Virus record (IMG/VR): IMGVR_UViG_3300046737_000006
Span: 1-50,570 of that record
Origin: a virus
Taxonomy: Duplodnaviria > Caudoviricetes
Length of the DNA stretch: 50,570 nt
Reading direction: 5' to 3' (one strand)
Under the pieces are notes generated by a model. That model was not told the DNA's origin, did not search any database, and saw only the letters and a list, made by a program, of their open reading frames with translations. A program made the position numbers and the translations under genes. Positions 17,521-25,270 of this stretch are shown here, piece by piece (position 1 is the stretch's first letter; every line of letters starts with the position of its first letter).

Positions 17521-19055
17521 GGTAGCTCTCCAGTTTCAGGTTCAGTTGGGTTACTCTCTACGTACCGCCGCCTAAAAGAGTCAAACCGAAGACTGCCAGC
17601 AGGACCAGACTTGCCCATAGGTGGTCTGTTCTTGCTAACCAGTAGATCGATAATGCTAGACCCACTTTCAGTATCACGGGAAAGATCAATGCGAACATCA
17701 CACAGTTGCTCCATTGCCCGAGAACCTCTGGTCTGACCGTTGTCATTGACGTGAGAGACAAAGATCAGACCAAAGTTAAGCTCCTTGACCAGCATCTCTA
17801 GCTTGGTTGAGATGTAGTCGAGCGCTCTTCTTTCGTCCTTTTCGCTTCTCTCGCCGCTAACAACCAGACTAATATGGTCCAGAAGTATCCACCCCACATT
17901 ACAAGCGGCCACGAGGAACCGAATATTGTCGATAAGTAGGTCAGGGTCAGATGACCCAAAATGATCATAGACAAATAACCTACCATCCTCTTTAACGGCA
18001 GATTGAATTGCGGCAGCGACATCGTCATCAGATACCCCGTGATCTGGGACGAACGCTGGACGCCCAAGTTCAATGCTTGCCAAGCTACGGAGATGTTGTC
18101 CTTTAGGCTCTTCGAGGAAAATAGCGCCAACATTGTCGTTAGTCTCCTTTAGGAGCTGATACTCTAGGGCGTGCATCAACTCGGTCTTGCCTACGCCTGG
18201 CTTAGCAGTAATTAAAATACTCTCGCCTTTGCGCATACCGTAGGTCATCGACTGCAATGTCGGGAAAGGATAAGGAACACCTACGCTAGGCGCCTCAGAT
18301 AATACCCGTCGTACTGTCTCACGCGTTACTGCCATGACAGTCTTGGGGAGATACCTCTGCGCATTTGCGAAGATGTTCCTTAACTCGTCTTCTTCTCCAG
18401 CTTGGAGATAGTCGTTAGCGTCCTTATGCCTCACAAATTCTAGAACATAGACCTTACTGTGTTCGAAAAGCCTTGCCACAGACTCGCGAGCGGCAAGTCC
18501 CGCAGCGTCTCCATCGAACGCCAGAAATATCCTTTCATGAGAGTTGAGGAAGGCTCTAGCAGCAGCGCAGTCACTGACAGCAGAAGCGCTACTTCGAACA
18601 GAAACCGTAGGGACACTTGTCGACTGAAAAAGCGATGCAGCATCGTATTCACCCTCCGTGATGATGACACTCTTGTGACCGCCGGGATCAAACCTATTAC
18701 GGCCAAACAAATCAGGAGTCACTGACTCAACGCCAGCCGCCTTCTGCCAATAGAATGACTTATCATCTAAGTTACGAACCTTGATGTCACCTGAGGGATA
18801 GAAGAAACCATCCGACACAGGTCTACCGTTCGCATCAATCTTAGTTCTAATATTATAAAACTCTAATGACTTACGGGACAATCCTCTATGAGGAATATAC
18901 TCATAGGTATAAACGTTATCTTCCAAAAATTCCTCTCGTGGTGGTTTGAAGAACGAGCACGAGTAGCAATACCCGTGCCCGTCATCATATTCGTGGTAAG
19001 CATCCGAGCTAGGACAACTAGGACACGGAAGCTTTGGGTTTATCACTTTGCTCAT
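17454..19055 (-). CDS. DNA primase-helicase (T7 gp4-like)
   Basis: CPSC...CYSC Zn ribbon; TOPRIM ITEGEYDA and FDGDAAG; Walker A AKPGVGKT; LDHIS; QTRGS. Confidence 0.95.
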   Translation of the reverse strand: MSKVINPKLPCPSCPSSDAYHEYDDGHGYCYSCSFFKPPREEFLEDNVYTYEYIPHRGLSRKSLEFYNIRTKIDANGRPVSDGFFYPSGDIKVRNLDDKSFYWQKAAGVESVTPDLFGRNRFDPGGHKSVIITEGEYDAASLFQSTSVPTVSVRSSASAVSDCAAARAFLNSHERIFLAFDGDAAGLAARESVARLFEHSKVYVLEFVRHKDANDYLQAGEEDELRNIFANAQRYLPKTVMAVTRETVRRVLSEAPSVGVPYPFPTLQSMTYGMRKGESILITAKPGVGKTELMHALEYQLLKETNDNVGAIFLEEPKGQHLRSLASIELGRPAFVPDHGVSDDDVAAAIQSAVKEDGRLFVYDHFGSSDPDLLIDNIRFLVAACNVGWILLDHISLVVSGERSEKDERRALDYISTKLEMLVKELNFGLIFVSHVNDNGQTRGSRAMEQLCDVRIDLSRDTESGSSIIDLLVSKNRPPMGKSGPAGSLRFDSFRRRYVESNPTEPETGELPWLTSPSLAPSTEPASSKVPQM

Positions 19056-19797
19056 GTAAGAGTACGTACTTCTTTTCTTCTTGTTTTTCTAACCAAGCTT
19101 CCTCTTCACTCTTCAATTCAACTCGGAAGTCACGGTAGTTGAATTGCTTCTGAACCAACGTCGGGTTGAAGCCAACTCGTTGGAAGGGTTGAAAGAACCT
19201 CTTCACGTATGGTCGTTCATCGATGTAGGTAGGACACGGAAGGTACACAGACTCCTTCGAATGTCCTCGGAAATGTTGCTGGTCGTACTGGAACTTGGGA
19301 CCCCAATACTGAGGATTGTGGTTGTACACCCAAGCATTAACACGCACCGGAATTCCATAGCACACATTGGTCTGGTGCTGGAATGTGAACTTGTCAGCCA
19401 ATACTACACGGATGCGTTTGCGAACAGACTGTACTCTGTTCCCATGTATGGCGTCAAGCTCAACCATCTGCTCAGCAGTCACGGGATGTAGTTTTCCCTT
19501 CAGCCTAGCGCGGGGTGTGCCGATGAAACCTGGGTGCATCTGTCCGTTGAATACCAGGCCCGGTGTACCTTGCTCGTGGTTCTGGAGGTACATCAGAAAC
19601 GTCTGGTCAGAGAAGATGGGCGAACCAGGGAATGCACATGGAGCTTTGGTCACTCGATTATCCCAATCGAATACCAGGTTAAACTCCTGCTGCTGGAGCT
19701 TGACTAGGTCAGGCGTGTTGAACGGCGGAGCCGCTGTCTTCTTGAAGTTGAAGGGCAGCCCAGTACGTAGGTTGGGGATACCTTGGAACCATTTCAT
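19018..19797 (-). CDS. Gamma-glutamylcyclotransferase (AIG2/GGCT)-like protein, degenerate
   Basis: LVF...RLKGKLHPV....VELD..HG....R.RIRV...NAWVY spacing follows the GGCT pattern; the YGTL motif and catalytic Glu are not retained. Confidence 0.5.
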   Translation of the reverse strand: MKWFQGIPNLRTGLPFNFKKTAAPPFNTPDLVKLQQQEFNLVFDWDNRVTKAPCAFPGSPIFSDQTFLMYLQNHEQGTPGLVFNGQMHPGFIGTPRARLKGKLHPVTAEQMVELDAIHGNRVQSVRKRIRVVLADKFTFQHQTNVCYGIPVRVNAWVYNHNPQYWGPKFQYDQQHFRGHSKESVYLPCPTYIDERPYVKRFFQPFQRVGFNPTLVQKQFNYRDFRVELKSEEEAWLEKQEEKKYVLLHEQSDKPKASVS

Positions 19798-19833
19798 GTG
19801 CGTACTTCCCTCTCCAATATAAACAAAAGAATA

Positions 19834-19861
19834 TAGCGGCCTATCTGAGCGTTAGCCGCTA
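19834..19861 (-). terminator. Terminator-like hairpin
   Basis: TAGCGGC...GCCGCTA followed by TATTCTTTTGTTT. Confidence 0.6.
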
Positions 19862-19965
19862 GCTTTCCTGGCCCACCGAGGGGGACTATGGTGCGCACCT
19901 AAATGGTAAGCGCGTCCAGACCAGGACGAGAGTCAGACTACGTTGCTGGGTGCCGGGAGGCGACC

Positions 19966-21507
19966 TTACGCAGCCTGACTCTTCATCTTAGCCTTGCGCC
20001 AGGCCGGGATGTCGTCATCCTCTTCTTCTTCTTTCGCAACTGGCGCGACGGCTTTGGGAACCAGGTCTGGCTTCAATGCCAGGACCCAGGCTTGGAGTTC
20101 CAGGATCAACATCCAGGCTTGCTTGTGGCCGGTCTGGACGACGTCAAACATCCGATCCTGGGGCCAGAGGATCATCTCCTCGGGCTTCACATCCAATCGA
20201 TCAGAGAACTTGGGGTACTTCCCTTCGATGGCCTGGACCTGGATGGAGTCGAGGGTTGGACTTGCGAAGGCGGAAGATACCACCTTCTTGGTCTTCTCGA
20301 TCTGGTCGGCGGTCATCAGAGGCTGTGGCTTGCTGGTTGCTGCGAGAGTGTCTTTGGTAGCCACGACCGCAGGATCAGTGTTCTTGCCGCTGCCCGAGCC
20401 AACAGGCGTCTTCTCAGGGATACGGTTGAAGAGCCGATAGAGATGGCTTCCAGGTTGAAGGTCTTCGACTGGAATTCCCTGTCGATTCTTGAGATCATAG
20501 GCAAGATGGCCCTTAGTTGAGTGAGAGCCATAATGACGCCGAAGCTCTCGTCCACCAAGGTGGACTGGTGGTTTGATGGACTTGGTGGTTGGGTCCCAAA
20601 TGCCGTCCTTAGGATCGAGTCCCTTGGCAAGCTCATCGAGATCAACCTGAGCGACCTTCGGGCCTGTCGCTCCCTTCGCCGCCTGGCTTTTAGTATCGTC
20701 TACTTCACCCGCCTCCTCATCATCCTTATCGTCCTCATCCTCTTCCTCTGGCTTGGCCGGAGGCGTTGCGGCGGGCGCAGGTACGGCTGCTGGCGTCGCT
20801 GCCAAGCGCGCCTTGCGCCAAGCAGGAATATTATCATCATCAGCAACGGGGTCCTCCTTCTTCTCCTCCACAGGCTTCTCCTCCTCCTTGTAGCCCAAGG
20901 TCTGGGAGGCTTCACCCCAAGAGAAGTCGGCGTAATCGTCATTCTTGCGCTTGAGGCGCAGGAAATCGTCATCCTTGGAAAGGAGCATGATGGTGCACTT
21001 GGGCTCCATATGCTCGATCATCGGCTTCCGGAACTCAGCCGAGTTGATCTTCTCCATCAACTTGGTGAGGTTGGCGCCGGCCTCGGTGTAGGCGTCGATG
21101 ATCAGGCTGCCGAAGTAGGCGTCCATGAACTGCGTCTCAGGACCCACAGGCTTCTTGGGGTCCATGTACCGTGCCATGTCGCCGGAGATGTAGACATGGA
21201 GGAGTTCGATCTCCTTGTCGTCCATCAGGACGGGGAATGGCTGACGCTCGGCCGGAGAGACTTCGTACTCGTAACCCACCAGCACGTAGTTCTTGTCCTT
21301 GAACTTGGTCGAAACTTCCTGCAAGGACTTGGCCAGATCGTAGCCCTTCTTCTTGCCCTCAGGTAGAGGGTTGTAGAAGAGACTCTTCATACCCTCCGAC
21401 TTGTTGGCAACCGAGAAGCTGAACCCACTCTTGCATGCCTCCAGAAACTTGGTCTGGTAAGCAGCCGGAATTTCGTGTCCAGCCTTAACCCGAAGTAGTA
21501 CAGACAT
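19966..21507 (-). CDS. 513-aa protein: degenerate class II glutamine amidotransferase (Ntn)-like N-domain plus acidic, low-complexity C-terminal half
   Basis: SD GAGGAG before MSVLL; GFSFSVA, ERQPFPV, VYISGD and PETQF align by eye with GATase-II DGxG, NCHPF, HNG and SDT motifs; GC3-rich codons. Confidence 0.5.
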   Translation of the reverse strand: MSVLLRVKAGHEIPAAYQTKFLEACKSGFSFSVANKSEGMKSLFYNPLPEGKKKGYDLAKSLQEVSTKFKDKNYVLVGYEYEVSPAERQPFPVLMDDKEIELLHVYISGDMARYMDPKKPVGPETQFMDAYFGSLIIDAYTEAGANLTKLMEKINSAEFRKPMIEHMEPKCTIMLLSKDDDFLRLKRKNDDYADFSWGEASQTLGYKEEEKPVEEKKEDPVADDDNIPAWRKARLAATPAAVPAPAATPPAKPEEEDEDDKDDEEAGEVDDTKSQAAKGATGPKVAQVDLDELAKGLDPKDGIWDPTTKSIKPPVHLGGRELRRHYGSHSTKGHLAYDLKNRQGIPVEDLQPGSHLYRLFNRIPEKTPVGSGSGKNTDPAVVATKDTLAATSKPQPLMTADQIEKTKKVVSSAFASPTLDSIQVQAIEGKYPKFSDRLDVKPEEMILWPQDRMFDVVQTGHKQAWMLILELQAWVLALKPDLVPKAVAPVAKEEEEDDDIPAWRKAKMKSQAA

Positions 21508-21568
21508 TGCGCAGACTCCTCTGTTATGCGCATGGATCGCAGTCAACGACTGCTAGAAACCTGTCACA

Positions 21569-22039
21569 TTAGGCATTTCGGCAGTGTTCGAACTCTGCTT
21601 CCAAGGAATTCTTCTTGGGTTCCGCCACCTCCTTGTGTTTAGACTTGGTCAGGCCAAGCCGCGCCTTGATCTTCTTCTTCAAGGCAGGAACATCCACGCG
21701 CTTCAGTGGATTGGTGAAGTACCAGGGCTTACCATACGAAGGTTCGTCATAGCTAAGGTCCATGCCGATCCCACGCATCTTCTTGACTAAGGTGTGGTAA
21801 GCCCAGTCATGAATCTTTCCTTCAGTCTTCAAGCGATGAAGGTCTTCTGTGAAGGTGTTGGCAATGAGAGACCACTCCGCCTCTTTCTTTGCCCTGACTC
21901 GCCGCCGCGACATCATGAACTCCCGTAGTTGTGATCTGTGCTTGAAGATTAACCACGAGGCCATCCCAGACGCCGCGAAACCAGGCACAATGCTCAGCTT
22001 CGTAAGCGTTTCCAATTCCGTCAGCAGCCCCTCTAACAT
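21569..22039 (-). CDS. Hypothetical membrane-anchored protein, 156 aa
   Basis: N-terminal hydrophobic segment; SD GAGGG. Confidence 0.65.
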   Translation of the reverse strand: MLEGLLTELETLTKLSIVPGFAASGMASWLIFKHRSQLREFMMSRRRVRAKKEAEWSLIANTFTEDLHRLKTEGKIHDWAYHTLVKKMRGIGMDLSYDEPSYGKPWYFTNPLKRVDVPALKKKIKARLGLTKSKHKEVAEPKKNSLEAEFEHCRNA

Positions 22040-22081
22040 TTGACTACCCTCTCGCTTGCGTTATACTCAAAGTAATAATAG

Positions 22082-22156
22082 TGGAGCCGGAAGGAATTGA
22101 ACCTTCGGACCGAGGACAGCGGGCAGCACCCGATCCCCAGAAACACTGGCAGCCCC
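22082..22156 (-). ncRNA. D-armless tRNA-like RNA with G3:U70, resembling a tmRNA tRNA-like domain
   Basis: GGGGCTG...CGGCTCC-A acceptor stem; T arm GAAGG-TTCAATT-CCTTC; no D stem; directly downstream of tRNA-Leu. Confidence 0.65.
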
Positions 22157-22161
22157 TTAAG

Positions 22162-22237
22162 TGGTGCCCACGGTTGGACTCGAACCAACACTAGAGGGAT
22201 TTTAAGTCCCTTGCCTCTGCCATTGGGCTACGTAGGC
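22162..22237 (-). tRNA. tRNA-Leu(UAA), 76 nt, encoded CCA, short variable loop
   Basis: GCCTACG/CGTGGGC-A-CCA; D loop AATGGCAGA; AGGGA-CTTAAAA-TCCCT; GTTGG-TTCGAGT-CCAAC. Confidence 0.92.
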
Positions 22238-22414
22238 GTCTGCGTAGAACATACGCAGTTGAATTCCTGCTATTATCACGATCGTGAACAGGTCCCGCGC
22301 ACCATATGCGTCCTTGTAACCTGTGTCAGAAACCGATTGTGTGGCTAAATTCCGGTAACTGTGCCTAAGCACACGCAGCGATCTGGCCATGTGACCTCCA
22401 ATAAACAAAATAAA

Positions 22415-22584
22415 ACCCAGGCAGGTTACGCAGCGAGCTAACGGCTGGGGAGGACTTCGAGAGTCCACCGTATCACTCACGCACAACACTGCCTGGGTCC
22501 ACCCCCACGTCCGGAGAGCACAGCCATACAAGCATTGGATGATGCGGCGGCACCATGCTTGCAGACAACCTAACGTGGAGGGTG
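22415..22584 (-). ncRNA. Two abutting ~85-nt rod-like hairpins, the second ending in a U tract
   Basis: CACCCTCCACGT/ACGTGGGGGTG with inner TGCAAGCAT/ATGCTTGTA; then ACCCAGGCAG/CTGCCTGGGT followed by TTTATTTTGTTT. Confidence 0.5.
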
Positions 22585-22589
22585 TAGGA

Positions 22590-23249
22590 TTATTTCTGCT
22601 TCTGAACCAACTCAGCCCCGGCCCAGAATACCTTGCCCCTGGAGAATTTCTTCTCCGCCTCAGACATTGTGTAAGGATTCGAGTAGACGATCCTAGCTTT
22701 ATAGCTAGTTGGTGTCGCCACTTCATCGAATACTTTAATTATCCTAGCCTTGTTGCCTTGGAAATATAACCGTATCTCAGGGTTGCCACGCTGAAGGATA
22801 CGGTAGTTCCACGCTGTGAAGCCTTGGAACCGATAACTAGAAACAAAGAACGAATGGCCCAAGAGACATTCCTGTATCTCTCGTTCCATCAAAGAAGCAT
22901 CAATAGCCAATAACTTAGGGCTGGGTGCATAAACACTTGCCCCAGTCTCATCTACGTGTCTGGTGCTGAGGTGAGCAGTCTTAGGCACAGGCGCAGGGTC
23001 ATAACGTACCCTATGCTTGCGCCATATCACAGTCTCTTTCTTGACCAGAGCATTAAGTTCCTCATCCTTATGGTAGGATGTGACCTTCTGCTGCTTGTCA
23101 CTCACGATGACTGGGTTAATGTTCCCCAAGCTTCGTGTGCGTGGTCTGTTCTGAAATAGAGCGTAGTTGAGAACCTTCGATACATCGACACCCCCCGGTG
23201 TCTTGATCATTAGCTTAGGGTATGTCCTCTTGATCCTCCTCTTAGCCAT
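22590..23249 (-). CDS. Hypothetical basic protein, 219 aa
   Basis: SD GGAG; long ORF. Confidence 0.65.
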   Translation of the reverse strand: MAKRRIKRTYPKLMIKTPGGVDVSKVLNYALFQNRPRTRSLGNINPVIVSDKQQKVTSYHKDEELNALVKKETVIWRKHRVRYDPAPVPKTAHLSTRHVDETGASVYAPSPKLLAIDASLMEREIQECLLGHSFFVSSYRFQGFTAWNYRILQRGNPEIRLYFQGNKARIIKVFDEVATPTSYKARIVYSNPYTMSEAEKKFSRGKVFWAGAELVQKQK

Positions 23250-23424
23250 GGTGATTACTCCAGAAGATGAGACTCATCCTTTCCTGGATATATTGTATCT
23301 TCCAGTACGAGACGTTCCCATTACATCTAGAGATTAAGTCATAAGAATATCCCTTAAACAACCACTCTTGTATAAATACAACAGTGCTCTCTCTTAGTCT
23401 CAGTCTTATTGCTACTTGTTTCAT
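23242..23424 (-). CDS. Hypothetical protein, 60 aa
   Basis: SD GGAGAG; downstream of a promoter. Confidence 0.55.
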   Translation of the reverse strand: MKQVAIRLRLRESTVVFIQEWLFKGYSYDLISRCNGNVSYWKIQYIQERMSLIFWSNHHG

Positions 23425-23474
23425 TGTGCTCTCCGTTGTTGTGCGGTTCCGCCGAACCTTTCTCCAGTATCCAT

Positions 23475-23510
23475 ATTATAGCCTAGGTTAACACTCTAAG
23501 TAAAATCACT
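23475..23510 (-). promoter_or_regulatory. Early promoter, AGTGATTTTACTT class
   Basis: TTTACT-18-TATAAT. Confidence 0.6.
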
Positions 23511-23544
23511 TTAGGTCATCCAAACTAGTAAAGTAGGAACACCG

Positions 23545-23817
23545 TCAATACCGAGGAACGATTACCACCTTTTCGAATATCTCCGGATCAGGCCAATGGA
23601 ACTTGGTGGTAGCGCAGAATGTACGTTCCTCCCCTGCCTGATCTTTGACAGTGATCGAGCAGGTCTCAGCAAAGGAAGTCCAAGCACCTACCCTTCCTTT
23701 GTATTGCAGTTGGTGGTTACCGTTCTGGTCGTAGTGATGCTCTAATTCAGCATCAAGTCCGATCCACGGGGCGGTTGTGTACAGGCCCGCTTGAAACCTG
23801 GGTTCCAGTACTTGCAT
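23545..23817 (-). CDS. Hypothetical protein, 90 aa
   Basis: SD GAGGA. Confidence 0.6.
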   Translation of the reverse strand: MQVLEPRFQAGLYTTAPWIGLDAELEHHYDQNGNHQLQYKGRVGAWTSFAETCSITVKDQAGEERTFCATTKFHWPDPEIFEKVVIVPRY

Positions 23818-24055
23818 TGGCAGTGTTCCTCGTTCTGTAGTCTACGACAGCCACGTTCTCGATCTTGAGAACCATGACACCATCCACCCATATCTCCTCA
23901 TACCGTCGGGTGGTCTTCTCGTCCCATCCTGTCCAGATGGTTACGTACTTAGTGGGCGACATCTTACCCTCGTCCCTGGGTGTGTATGTATTCATGTAGC
24001 CTCCTTTAGTCCTCCGGGGCACAATCGCCCTCACTGCGGCCTGGAAACCTGTCAT
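23753..24055 (-). CDS. Hypothetical protein (likely start MNTYTP near 23995)
   Basis: AAAGGAGG before the internal ATG. Confidence 0.5.
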   Translation of the reverse strand: MTGFQAAVRAIVPRRTKGGYMNTYTPRDEGKMSPTKYVTIWTGWDEKTTRRYEEIWVDGVMVLKIENVAVVDYRTRNTANASTGTQVSSGPVHNRPVDRT

Positions 24056-24086
24056 CTCCCGGCCGCAGGAAGTGCTATTGCACTGC

Positions 24087-24383
24087 TCAATTGTCGCTGA
24101 GCGCCGACTCGTGACGCTCTTCCTCCTCCTTGTCAGGCTGGAGCACTGAGTAGCCCTGCTGCTCGATCAACAGCATGTTCTTGACCAGCAGGTCGTCGTC
24201 GTCATCGTCGGTTGCTGCGCACGCCGCCTTGATTCCTTCGTCGTCGAGTGTAGTAGACCTGTTGACTTGGGAGACGAACGTGTTCTTGACTTCCTCCAGC
24301 TTGAGATCGCCGCTGTCGATTAAAGCTTGAATATCGGCCATCACAAGTGCAGAAACAATAGTCTTGCCAACGATGCTATCCAT
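24087..24383 (-). CDS. Acidic hypothetical protein (MDSIVGK..., poly-Asp)
   Basis: SD AGGAGAG before ATG 24383; flanked by two similar hairpins. Confidence 0.6.
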   Translation of the reverse strand: MDSIVGKTIVSALVMADIQALIDSGDLKLEEVKNTFVSQVNRSTTLDDEGIKAACAATDDDDDDLLVKNMLLIEQQGYSVLQPDKEEEERHESALSDN

Positions 24384-24466
24384 AAACGCTCTCCTATGCT
24401 GCCTCTTGGCAGCGGCTTGGGCGGAATGCCCTCGCTGTGGCCCGCGTGGAGCCACAGGAAGTGCAC

Positions 24467-24688
24467 TCAGCAGCGCTGAAGGTTCTCACAAACTTCCTGA
24501 TTACCTTCGCGTAATCCTTCCAAGTACTTAACGTCATCGTCTCTGGGATCGAAGTAATACTCCTCGAACACACCCCATATCTGCTCGTCAGTGAGCAGAA
24601 GCCTCTCGTTCTGCTTCGCTTCAGCCCATATCTGCCGCATGTTCTTCACGACAGATGAATGATATAGAGGATTGTATTTCTGTCCCAT
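24467..24688 (-). CDS. Hypothetical protein, 73 aa
   Basis: SD AGGAGAG. Confidence 0.65.
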   Translation of the reverse strand: MGQKYNPLYHSSVVKNMRQIWAEAKQNERLLLTDEQIWGVFEEYYFDPRDDDVKYLEGLREGNQEVCENLQRC

Positions 24689-24696
24689 TCGCTCTC

Positions 24697-25083
24697 CTAT
24701 CTAAACTGTGTCCATACTGGGACACGCCGCCTGTTCAGGATCACTGAACAAACATCTCGCACACAAGCCTTGCCCTTAGAAGTAATTGTCAAATCCTCAT
24801 AAGGCTCAGGCTGATCGTGCATCTCTAGGCGCTGTGCCTTGGTGATGTAGAACGTACCATCACGGCGACACCACGTCTGTTCCAAATGTGCGAGCGTAAC
24901 GAAATACCTAGACCGCCATTTGACATTATGCTCAAACTCTACTACTACACCTCTGGGTTCCTTCTCGATGAACCCAAAGATGATACCATCTGCGTTCAAG
25001 CCATTGTCGAAGCGCCATTGCCACCACACTTGGTTAGTGCAGTACAGGCTGTCCGTCCAATGCTTCGCCTCCGGTTGCTCCAT
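24697..25083 (-). CDS. Hypothetical Trp-rich protein (MEQPEAK...)
   Basis: SD GGAG before the internal ATG. Confidence 0.6.
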   Translation of the reverse strand: MEQPEAKHWTDSLYCTNQVWWQWRFDNGLNADGIIFGFIEKEPRGVVVEFEHNVKWRSRYFVTLAHLEQTWCRRDGTFYITKAQRLEMHDQPEPYEDLTITSKGKACVRDVCSVILNRRRVPVWTQFR

Positions 25084-25270
25084 GCTTGTGCTCCATCTTG
25101 TTGAGCAGATACCTGAGGTAGTATTTGTCACACGCTAGGGCTATGAAGGAGTGGTGCAAGCCATTCTTTTCAATGACCATCCCCACCCCTCCAACTGATA
25201 TGACGTATTCATCTACCCTAGTGTCGAAACGCTCAGTGTTCCGGTGTCTCGGTAGACGTAATATCAGCAC
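25034..25270 (-). CDS. Hypothetical protein, 78 aa
   Basis: GGAGG before a GTG start; tiles the operon. Confidence 0.5.
   Translation of the reverse strand: MLILRLPRHRNTERFDTRVDEYVISVGGVGMVIEKNGLHHSFIALACDKYYLRYLLNKMEHKHGATGGEALDGQPVLH

Noticed and set aside
19903-21366. Long plus-strand ORFs (205, 148 and 281 aa)
   Set aside because: Antisense shadows of a GC3-rich minus-strand gene; the same applies to 7188..7778 and 25321..26025
22202-22726. 174-aa ORF across the hairpins and tRNA
   Set aside because: The 5' part overlaps another gene and structured RNA with a terminator; only the SD-led 3' part is kept as a low-interest finding
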